Shown here: in pieces, positions 1 to 7,218 of the stretch
Numbering within the stretch: position 1 is the first letter of the stretch
Layout: every line of letters begins with the position of its first letter
Source: a virus
Direction: 5' to 3' (one strand)
IMG/VR virus record: IMGVR_UViG_3300015370_000568
Span: 1 to 64,000 of that record
DNA length: 64,000 nt
Notes under the pieces: model-generated
Told to the model about the DNA's origin: nothing
What the model saw: only the letters and a program-made list of their open reading frames with translations
Databases searched by the model: none
Program-made: the position numbers and the translations under genes

Positions 1-47
1 AAAAAAGGTTTCCACCTTTCTCTCAATCCAGACTACAGAGATTCTGA
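1..47 (+). CDS. 3' end of a fifth DUF1566-family paralog (partial)
   Basis: Frame 3 reads KRFPPFSQSRLQRF*, matching the PFSQxxLRRF* tail of the four downstream paralogs, with the same AAAGGT..ACCTTT hairpin. Confidence 0.8.
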   Translation, partial: KRFPPFSQSRLQRF

Positions 48-58
48 AAGGCAGGATT

Positions 59-289
59 TTGGAACAGGAACGATTAAATCAAGTAGGTTTTCTTCTTGAG
101 GCTATTTATCATCTAGTACAACTATATTGTGCAAAAAGCAGCAAGCAGGCAACCTATCACTATACTTGGGCAGACTATTCTGTTACTAAGACTCTAAGCT
201 CTCTTTCTCCTAAAGTTGCTGATAATATGGGAAAACAACTTGATCAGCTTAGGAAAGAAGCTGTCAAGAGAGGACTAATAGAGGAGTAG
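59..289 (+). CDS. hypothetical protein
   Basis: ORF fills the gap between neighbours; GAAAGG upstream. Confidence 0.55.
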   Translation: MEQERLNQVGFLLEAIYHLVQLYCAKSSKQATYHYTWADYSVTKTLSSLSPKVADNMGKQLDQLRKEAVKRGLIEE

Positions 290-291
290 CA

Positions 292-873
292 TTGAATACT
301 GTCACTATTGTTGGAGTCGGAGCACTTGGTTCTCATGTAGCTCTTTTTGCTCGTAACTGGAAGAACTATAGGCTCCGACTTATAGATCATGACAAAATTG
401 AGTCAAAGAATATTATGGCCCAGGTTCATACAAAAATGGGGCTTGGCAACAATAAGGCTTTGGCTCTCCAGCAAGTAATCAAACAGCTCTTTGGCGTCCC
501 TATAGAGGCTTTCCCTAGAAAGCTAATTCCTGACAATGTAGAAATACTTCTAGGTCGCTCTTCTCTAGTTATTGACTGTACAGATAATATTGAGGCCCGT
601 AAACTAATTCAAAAGTTCACACAGGCCCATAATATTCCCTGTCTACATAGTGCTCTATCAGCTAGTGGCGATTTTGCCAGGATTGTCTGGACTGAACACT
701 TTGTTCCGGACCCAGAAGGAACTCCTGGGCAAGCTACTTGTGAAGATGGAGAAATGCTACCATTTTTTGCAGCTGTAGCAGCTCAAACAACTATTGTCGC
801 TCAAGAGTTTCTCTCAACTAGTCGAAGAACAAGTTATCAAATGACTCCCCAGTTCCTACTAAGAGTCGTCTAA
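292..873 (+). CDS. ThiF/E1-like adenylyltransferase
   Basis: IVGVGALGS nucleotide-binding loop, LIDHDKIESKN, VIDCTDN, candidate catalytic Cys in ATCED. Confidence 0.85.
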   Translation: MNTVTIVGVGALGSHVALFARNWKNYRLRLIDHDKIESKNIMAQVHTKMGLGNNKALALQQVIKQLFGVPIEAFPRKLIPDNVEILLGRSSLVIDCTDNIEARKLIQKFTQAHNIPCLHSALSASGDFARIVWTEHFVPDPEGTPGQATCEDGEMLPFFAAVAAQTTIVAQEFLSTSRRTSYQMTPQFLLRVV

Positions 874-1326
874 ATGTCTCGCTATCTAAAAATTAGTAGT
901 GAGATTATCTTCGATCCTTGTACAAACCTCCAATGGGCAAAGGATTATGTAGACAATAAGACCTGGACTCAAGCACAAGAATATTGCGATGAACTAAATG
1001 CCCAAAGATATGCAGGTTTTGATGACTGGCGATTGCCTACAATAGGAGAATTATGGACACTGATCGACCATTCTAGATTTAATCCAGCAAGCTTATTTCC
1101 TGATATGCCTTCAAAAAATTTCTGGTCGTCGTCGTCCTGCGCCTACAACACCGACTACGCGTGGAACGTCTGCTTCGACGTCGGCTTCGTGTACAACGGC
1201 TACAAGTCGTACGTTTACGCGGCGCGGTGCGCGCGGGGCGGACCTTTGGTCCTTGACTCTAAAAAGAAAGAGGGCAAGAAAGAAAGGTTACTACCTTTCT
1301 CTCAATTTAGGCTGAGAAGATTCTAA
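874..1326 (+). CDS. DUF1566 (Lcl C-terminal, CLec-fold) protein, DGR target 1
   Basis: D..TNLQW, TWTQAQEYC..LN, DWRLPTIGEL, FWSSS, AWxVxF motifs; variable repeat near the C-terminus. Confidence 0.9.
   Translation: MSRYLKISSEIIFDPCTNLQWAKDYVDNKTWTQAQEYCDELNAQRYAGFDDWRLPTIGELWTLIDHSRFNPASLFPDMPSKNFWSSSSCAYNTDYAWNVCFDVGFVYNGYKSYVYAARCARGGPLVLDSKKKEGKKERLLPFSQFRLRRF
1120..1260 (+). repeat. DGR variable repeat VR1 with IMH-like GC run
   Basis: 141-nt GC-rich repeat in four copies; differences fall mainly at positions 1-2 of NNC codons. Confidence 0.88.
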
Positions 1327-1781
1327 TGTCTCGCTTTCAAATCATTAACAATGAAATTGTACTAGATAAAGAAACAGGTCTTCAATGGACCAAGAACTAT
1401 GTAATAGAAAAGACTTGGGACCAAGCACAAGAATACTGCAACGAACTAAACGCCCAAAGATACGGAGGTTTTAGTGATTGGCGAGTACCGACAATTGCAG
1501 AACTAATAACCTTGATTGACTTTGAAAGAAGGGGCCCAGCTAGTTCTTTTCCTGATATGCCTTCAAAAACTTTCTGGTCGTCGTCGTCCTACGCCAACAT
1601 CACCGCCAACGCGTGGTACGTCTCCTTCGCCCACGGCAACGTGAACAACGCCCACAAGACGAACGTCTTCGCGGCGCGGTGCGCGCGGGGCGGACCTTTG
1701 GTTCTTGGCTCTCAAGATAAAAAGAAGAGAAAGAAGGAAGTTCCTTTATCTTTCTCTCAGCTTAGACTGAGAAGGTTCTAA
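1326..1781 (+). CDS. DUF1566 protein, DGR target 2
   Basis: Paralog of 874..1326 with WRVPT..EL and FWSSS motifs and a VR. Confidence 0.9.
   Translation: MSRFQIINNEIVLDKETGLQWTKNYVIEKTWDQAQEYCNELNAQRYGGFSDWRVPTIAELITLIDFERRGPASSFPDMPSKTFWSSSSYANITANAWYVSFAHGNVNNAHKTNVFAARCARGGPLVLGSQDKKKRKKEVPLSFSQLRLRRF
1572..1712 (+). repeat. DGR variable repeat VR2
   Basis: Aligns without gaps to VR1, VR3 and VR4. Confidence 0.88.
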
Positions 1782-1794
1782 AAAGGAGAATCTG

Positions 1795-2634
1795 ATGGTT
1801 TCCAAAGTCCACCTTCTAATTATCGACCCTCAAATAGATTTTACAGAACCTGGCAGACCTCTTTATGTCCCCGGTGCTGATAATGATATGAGACAAATCG
1901 TGAAATTACTGAACTTCCTGATAGAAAGGAATGGACCTACTAGTATCACTGTTTCATTGGATAGTCATTCTCCCTTCACTGTTAGTCATCCTTGTATGTT
2001 TATTAATAGTGAAGGTCAACATCCAGAACCCTTTATCCAAATTCATCTAGAAGATGTCTTCAGTGGAACATGGCAAGTTATTAACATTGATTGGTACACA
2101 ATAGTTGTACAATACCTCAAGTTTCTACAAGAACAGGGAAAGAGCCTAACTATTTGGCCTCCACACTGTATTGTAGGTTCTTCAGGACATGCCATTTGTC
2201 CTGTAGTAAATGAAGCAATTATTAAGTGGGAAATGGAGTTTAACTGGTCAGCAGTACGTCTTCTTAAAGGATTGTCACAGGATAGCGACCAATTCTCTAT
2301 TTTTCATCCTGTTTTTGCTTCTCTAGCAGATAGAAAAGAGGCAATTGATCTAGCATCTAAGTTTGCAGAAAGCGATCTCCTACTTGTTTGCGGTGAAGCA
2401 GCAAGTCACTGTGTAATAGAGTCTCTTGAAAGCTATTACAGTATCTGCGAAAGGTATCAATTGAGAGAGCTAGGAACTCATAGACAAGTTATTCTTCTAA
2501 CTGATGCAACTTCTAGTGTACCAGGCTATGAAGAAGAGACCCAGAAAAGGCTGGATAAGCTTCAAGAGAAGGGACTTCTTTTCTCAACTGTTAAGGAAAT
2601 TCTCAATAATATTAATCCTTTGCTAAAGGAATAA
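1795..2634 (+). CDS. pncA: nicotinamidase (isochorismatase family)
   Basis: LLIIDPQIDF, SLDSH, WPPHC, GEAASHCV motifs; adjacent to pncB. Confidence 0.85.
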   Translation: MVSKVHLLIIDPQIDFTEPGRPLYVPGADNDMRQIVKLLNFLIERNGPTSITVSLDSHSPFTVSHPCMFINSEGQHPEPFIQIHLEDVFSGTWQVINIDWYTIVVQYLKFLQEQGKSLTIWPPHCIVGSSGHAICPVVNEAIIKWEMEFNWSAVRLLKGLSQDSDQFSIFHPVFASLADRKEAIDLASKFAESDLLLVCGEAASHCVIESLESYYSICERYQLRELGTHRQVILLTDATSSVPGYEEETQKRLDKLQEKGLLFSTVKEILNNINPLLKE

Positions 2635-2637
2635 AAA

Positions 2638-3918
2638 TTGACTGCTTTACTAACTGACCTTTATCAGATTAGCATGATGCAAGGCTACTATCTAGCCGGT
2701 AAGCATCAGAATCTAGCAACTTTTGAGCTAACATTTAGAAAGGGCTATGGTAATCAAGCTTGGCTAATTTTTGCTGGGCTTGAATCAGTCCTACAATTCA
2801 TCAAAAAGCTGCGGTTTACTGAGGAGGATATCAGGTATCTTAGTAATATGGGCTTTGACTCTTCTTTTCTTAGAGCTCTTGAAGATTTCAAGTTTACTGG
2901 CGATATTTTTTCTCTTCCAGAAGGCACAGTTTTCTTCCCTAGAGAGCCAGCTCTAATTGTTCAAGCTCCTTTATGGGAAGCCCAGTATCTTGAAACAATG
3001 ATTGTTAACTTTATTGGCTTTCAAACCCTAGTAGCTACCAAGGCAAAACATTATAGATTCGCCGCTAGGGATAAACAACTGATCGAAATGGGACTACGTA
3101 GAGGTCATGGGTTTAACACAGAAATGTCCCGAGCTGCACGAATTGGAGGCTTTGACTATACTTCTAATGTTGAAGCTGGAAGACTCTATAGTATTCCAAC
3201 AGTAGGAACAATGGCCCATAGTTGGGTAATGTCTTTTCAGGAAGAAACTGAAGCTTTCATTTCTTTTGCAAATCATGGCAGACCACCAATTTCTCTACTT
3301 CTTGATACCTACAGTACCCTTGATAGCGGTCTCCCTCATGCTCTGAAAGTTATTACAAACAGAGAAGGAATTAGTAGTATCCGTCTTGATTCAGGTAATC
3401 TTCTTGAACTAAGTAAAACAGTTAGAGAAGAGCTTGATTATCTAGGAGATGAAGGACAACACGTTAAGATTATTGTTTCCGGCGACCTTACTCCTGATAG
3501 CATAGCTACTCTTGAAGCTCAAAATGCTCCAATTGATATGTATGGAGTCGGCTCAGCTCTAGCAACACTCCATCCTTTCCCTATTCATACTGCTGTCTAT
3601 AAGCTTTGTCAGATTATAGATAGTAGGACAGGACAAATTCGCAAGATTTGTAAAAAGTCCGATTCACCTGCTAAAACTACTCTTCCAGGTCGAAAAACTT
3701 TAGTTCGAGACTATGACACTAAGAAAGACACTATTGTTCCAGTTCTACCAACATACAATCATACTTCCCCTCAAGACCCTTTTATTGTGGCAATCAAACA
3801 AGGACAGACTACTCAATTCCTTCCAACAATGACTGAGAAAGCTAGACAAAGACTTCAAGATACTAACGAATTAGTTTTTAGTCCAGATTGGAAGGTAGAG
3901 ATTGATTCAAGTATCTAA
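2638..3918 (+). CDS. pncB: nicotinate phosphoribosyltransferase
   Basis: ALLTDLYQISM, EMGLRR, GTMAHSW, LLDTY, IRLDSG, SGDL, YGVG, VYKL motifs. Confidence 0.92.
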   Translation: MTALLTDLYQISMMQGYYLAGKHQNLATFELTFRKGYGNQAWLIFAGLESVLQFIKKLRFTEEDIRYLSNMGFDSSFLRALEDFKFTGDIFSLPEGTVFFPREPALIVQAPLWEAQYLETMIVNFIGFQTLVATKAKHYRFAARDKQLIEMGLRRGHGFNTEMSRAARIGGFDYTSNVEAGRLYSIPTVGTMAHSWVMSFQEETEAFISFANHGRPPISLLLDTYSTLDSGLPHALKVITNREGISSIRLDSGNLLELSKTVREELDYLGDEGQHVKIIVSGDLTPDSIATLEAQNAPIDMYGVGSALATLHPFPIHTAVYKLCQIIDSRTGQIRKICKKSDSPAKTTLPGRKTLVRDYDTKKDTIVPVLPTYNHTSPQDPFIVAIKQGQTTQFLPTMTEKARQRLQDTNELVFSPDWKVEIDSSI

Positions 3919-4093
3919 AGTGCAGAACTGGATTAGTAACAATGTTCCTCAGCTTCTAGGAGCTCTGGTTATTGTTATTGACTTGCTCGCAGCTATACTT
4001 TATCCAGTCTCTGAACTTCTTGCCTTAATTGCCTATCTTTTGTATAGAATTAAGGAAAGAAAACGACCCCTACTAATAGTGCCAGGAGTCTAA
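3902..4093 (+). CDS. small membrane protein
   Basis: Long hydrophobic stretch; ORF fits the gene order. Confidence 0.5.
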   Translation: MIQVSKVQNWISNNVPQLLGALVIVIDLLAAILYPVSELLALIAYLLYRIKERKRPLLIVPGV

Positions 4094-4094
4094 A

Positions 4095-4565
4095 GTGGAA
4101 TCAGATAGATTCCCCAGTTGGACAATCAATGGAGATCTAGTTATTCTAGATCGAAGAACTAGCCTTGAATGGACCGGATGCTTTGGCTCTAACCTAAACT
4201 GGGACCAAGCGCAAGAATACTGTGATACACTAAATTCACAAGCATATGCTGGACCTAACGACTGGCGATTGCCTACAATAGAAGAATTATGGACACTAAT
4301 TGATTTTCAGAGAGCTAACCCAGCAAGTTCATTTCCTGATATGCCTCCCAAAACTTTTTGGTCGTCGTCGTCTTACGCCTACAACACCGGCTACGCGTGG
4401 CTCGTCTACTTCGCCTACGGCCACGTGAACCACGACTACAAGACGTACGGATACGCGGCGCGGTGCGTACGGGGCGGACCTTCGGTTCTTGACTCTTCCA
4501 AGAAGAAAGAGGGCAAAAAAGAAAAGGTTCCACCTTTCTCTCAAATGCCTTTGAGAAGGTTCTAA
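4095..4565 (+). CDS. DUF1566 protein, DGR target 3
   Basis: DWRLPTIEEL, FWSSS, VR and PFSQMPLRRF tail. Confidence 0.9.
   Translation: MESDRFPSWTINGDLVILDRRTSLEWTGCFGSNLNWDQAQEYCDTLNSQAYAGPNDWRLPTIEELWTLIDFQRANPASSFPDMPPKTFWSSSSYAYNTGYAWLVYFAYGHVNHDYKTYGYAARCVRGGPSVLDSSKKKEGKKEKVPPFSQMPLRRF
4356..4496 (+). repeat. DGR variable repeat VR3
   Basis: Ungapped alignment to the other VRs. Confidence 0.88.
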
Positions 4566-5023
4566 TGCATCGCTTTCAAATCATTAGTAATGAAATTATT
4601 CTAGATGAAGAAACTAATCTTCAGTGGGCAATGAACTATGTAGAAAAAAAGACATGGGACCAAGCGCATGAATATTGTGATGAACTAAATGCCCAAAAAT
4701 ACGGAGGCTTTGATGATTGGCGACTGCCTACAATTGAAGAACTTAGAATGCTAGTTGATTATTCTAGATTTGACCCAGCAAGCTTGTTTCCTGATATGCC
4801 TCCCAAAACTTTCTGGTCGTCGTCGTCCTTCGCCTACAACACCGCCAACGCGTGGCTCGTCCTCTTCGACTACGGCAACGTGTACTACGACTACAAGACG
4901 AACGTTGGCGCGGCGCGGTGCGCGCGGAGCGGACCTTTGACTCTTAACTCTTCTAAGAAAAAGAGCAAGAAGAAAAAGGAAGTTCCCTTACCTTTTTTCC
5001 AATTACCTCTAAGAAGGTTCTAA
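4565..5023 (+). CDS. DUF1566 protein, DGR target 4
   Basis: Same motifs as targets 1-3. Confidence 0.9.
   Translation: MHRFQIISNEIILDEETNLQWAMNYVEKKTWDQAHEYCDELNAQKYGGFDDWRLPTIEELRMLVDYSRFDPASLFPDMPPKTFWSSSSFAYNTANAWLVLFDYGNVYYDYKTNVGAARCARSGPLTLNSSKKKSKKKKEVPLPFFQLPLRRF
4811..4951 (+). repeat. DGR variable repeat VR4
   Basis: Ungapped alignment to the other VRs. Confidence 0.88.
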
Positions 5024-5025
5024 AA

Positions 5026-5241
5026 ATGATGAAATTTCCCGACACTTACCATAATGTTAGTTACACCTGTCCTTGGTGTGGCGCACCTGGAAAACATTTG
5101 ACAAAAGGTGCGCCGACAGGTGTAAGAATCAGAGCAACCTGTTTTTGCAAAATCTGTAAAAAACTCGTTGGAGTTACTTTCGAGTTTAATCCGGACTTTG
5201 TGGCTGTCCTTGATACCTATCAAGCATCAGTCGCACCTTAA
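5026..5241 (+). CDS. small zinc-ribbon protein
   Basis: CPWC ... CKIC. Confidence 0.55.
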   Translation: MMKFPDTYHNVSYTCPWCGAPGKHLTKGAPTGVRIRATCFCKICKKLVGVTFEFNPDFVAVLDTYQASVAP

Positions 5242-5280
5242 TTAGGGAAATTCGGGAAATTTTTTGTAGGGAGATTCACT

Positions 5281-6450
5281 GTGGAGCTACAAGAAAGACT
5301 AGCCGCAGCACAATTGATTGCTAACCAGCCACAGCTCATAGGAGCAGCCTTAGCTGGACCTCTTCAAGGAGCAAAGATTAGAGTCTTTCACAGCCAAAAT
5401 TATTATACAGCCTGGTGGAAAGACTCAGGATTGTTTCTCCGAGTCCCCTTCGCTAATTGCCAAGACCCCCTTTGGTGTGAGTCTGGCCCTGAAATCATTG
5501 ATTGGGCCATAACAGAGAAGTGTAACAAATCATGTCGGATTTGTTATTCTAATGCGACACCTGAAGGAAGAGAGACAACAGAAGCCGAGTTAGAGGCTTT
5601 TTGTAAGGCTCTCAAGACTGTACCTGTTCATTCAGTAGCTCTTGGCGGCGGCAATCCTAATGAACATCCTCTATTTCCTACAATTGTTCGCCGGCTACAT
5701 GAAACAGGAGCTATACCTACATATACAACTAATGGAGAAGGAGTAACAGATGAAGTTCTAGAAGCTACTAAGCAACATTGTGGAGCTGTAGCTGTTAGCT
5801 GGCCATGGGATGGAGATACTAATGACCTAGTCTTAGTTCTCTCAACTCTCCGAAAGTTTATTAGGGCCGGCATCCAAACAAATATCCACTTTGTTCTTGG
5901 AAAAGATAGTATTTCAGAGGCTATCAGAATAACTAGATACTCGCCTAAGTACTGGAATCTTGATGGTCTAAATGCTATTGTCTTCCTCCTCTATAAGCCT
6001 GTAGGAAGAGCAACAGAGGATGGTCTTCTTGACGCTTCTAATCCGAAACTGCTAGAACTCTTTTCTCTTCTTGGTTTAGTTCAGGGAAAACAAAAGCCTA
6101 CAGGCTGGCCAGTGGGATTTGATAGCTGTTCTGTACCTATTCTTCTATCTCTTACAGATACAAATAGAGAACTGGTCGAGACATGTGAAAGTGCTCGCTT
6201 TTCCATGTTTCTTACCACTGATTTAAGAGCAGCTCCATGTTCATTTATGCAACATCAAGGAGAGTTGCCATCTATCCTTTCCAGTTCAATTCTAGATGTC
6301 TGGCAGCATAATGAACTATTTACCACCCACCGAGACCTACTGCTCCACCATCATCCAGTAAAGTGTATGGGTTGCAGTGACTTAAAGCACTGTCTTGGAG
6401 GCTGTACTTACCTTCCTCAAATTGTAGACTGCCAAAGAAGTGATGTATAA
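5281..6450 (+). CDS. radical SAM/SPASM-domain protein
   Basis: CNKSCRIC, ALGGGNPNEHP, TTNG, and C-terminal SPASM cysteines (CESAR, PCSF, CMGC...CLGGC). Confidence 0.9.
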   Translation: MELQERLAAAQLIANQPQLIGAALAGPLQGAKIRVFHSQNYYTAWWKDSGLFLRVPFANCQDPLWCESGPEIIDWAITEKCNKSCRICYSNATPEGRETTEAELEAFCKALKTVPVHSVALGGGNPNEHPLFPTIVRRLHETGAIPTYTTNGEGVTDEVLEATKQHCGAVAVSWPWDGDTNDLVLVLSTLRKFIRAGIQTNIHFVLGKDSISEAIRITRYSPKYWNLDGLNAIVFLLYKPVGRATEDGLLDASNPKLLELFSLLGLVQGKQKPTGWPVGFDSCSVPILLSLTDTNRELVETCESARFSMFLTTDLRAAPCSFMQHQGELPSILSSSILDVWQHNELFTTHRDLLLHHHPVKCMGCSDLKHCLGGCTYLPQIVDCQRSDV

Positions 6451-6865
6451 TAGGCTCATGACAAAGAATAATACCCTTCGTTCATCACTAGCTAACCTAA
6501 GAAAAGCAATAGGTGTAGAATCTGACCCAGATTCTTATCAAGAAGACGATGATACTCTTCCTGTTCTTGCAGGCCTAGTTACTGAAGCAGGAAAGATTGC
6601 CGTAAATACTCCTTCTCCTGAGTGGTTCTACAACTGGCGAGGACCTTGTCCTGATGGTCATCCTTGGGCATATACTACTGATGCAGAACTCAAACTTCTT
6701 CTTCTAGTGTTCGAACATCTTACCGCTCAATGTATTGATATGAGAGGACCTGGAGCAAAACCTACCTCCTTCATCAGTGAAACAAACCCCGGCTGGAAAC
6801 CAGATAGACAGCCAGGGAAAGAAAATGGAATTGGACTGGGAAGACCAGTCACCTTTGAGGTATAG
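6440..6865 (+). CDS. hypothetical protein
   Basis: ORF overlapping the rSAM stop. Confidence 0.55.
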   Translation: MMYNRLMTKNNTLRSSLANLRKAIGVESDPDSYQEDDDTLPVLAGLVTEAGKIAVNTPSPEWFYNWRGPCPDGHPWAYTTDAELKLLLLVFEHLTAQCIDMRGPGAKPTSFISETNPGWKPDRQPGKENGIGLGRPVTFEV

Positions 6866-6895
6866 GACCTCATTGCTTCTAGAGAAAGGGACAAA

Positions 6896-7204
6896 ATGAC
6901 TTTTGAAATTGAACAGGTAAAGAGATTGGCAAAGGCAGCAGGAAGTATGCTCGGATATGGCGTCCTGGCTTACGGAGATATGCGAGTTAACTTCCGTGTT
7001 ATTCAGGCCAAGGATGGTAACATCTTTATGTCTCTGCCCTCTCGAAAGGGTACAGACAATGAATGGCATGACGAAGTGCGATTCATTTCCGCAGACGCTC
7101 GCAAGGAAGCTAATACTGCTCTAGTAGATGCATGGGCCAAGCTCAACCAGAACAATACAGATAACAAGCCAGCAGCTGATAAGGGTAGCGACATTCCCTT
7201 CTAG
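6896..7204 (+). CDS. SpoVG-family nucleic-acid-binding protein
   Basis: RVIQAKDGNIFMSLPSRK...WHDEVRFISADAR pattern; C-terminal SDIPF. Confidence 0.75.
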   Translation: MTFEIEQVKRLAKAAGSMLGYGVLAYGDMRVNFRVIQAKDGNIFMSLPSRKGTDNEWHDEVRFISADARKEANTALVDAWAKLNQNNTDNKPAADKGSDIPF

Positions 7205-7218
7205 TAGGATTTTCCCCC

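Noticed and set aside
1290-1326. LRRF tail as a ubiquitin-like C-terminus for ThiF
   Set aside because: It resembles LRGG but lacks the terminal Gly and a beta-grasp domain; kept only as a weak hypothesis
4315-4940. Alternative-frame ORFs 4315..4533, 4329..4544 and 4755..4940
   Set aside because: Shadow ORFs caused by the stop-poor GC-rich VRs
1120-4951. CRISPR array
   Set aside because: The repeats are 141 nt, coding and dispersed, with no repeat-spacer periodicity
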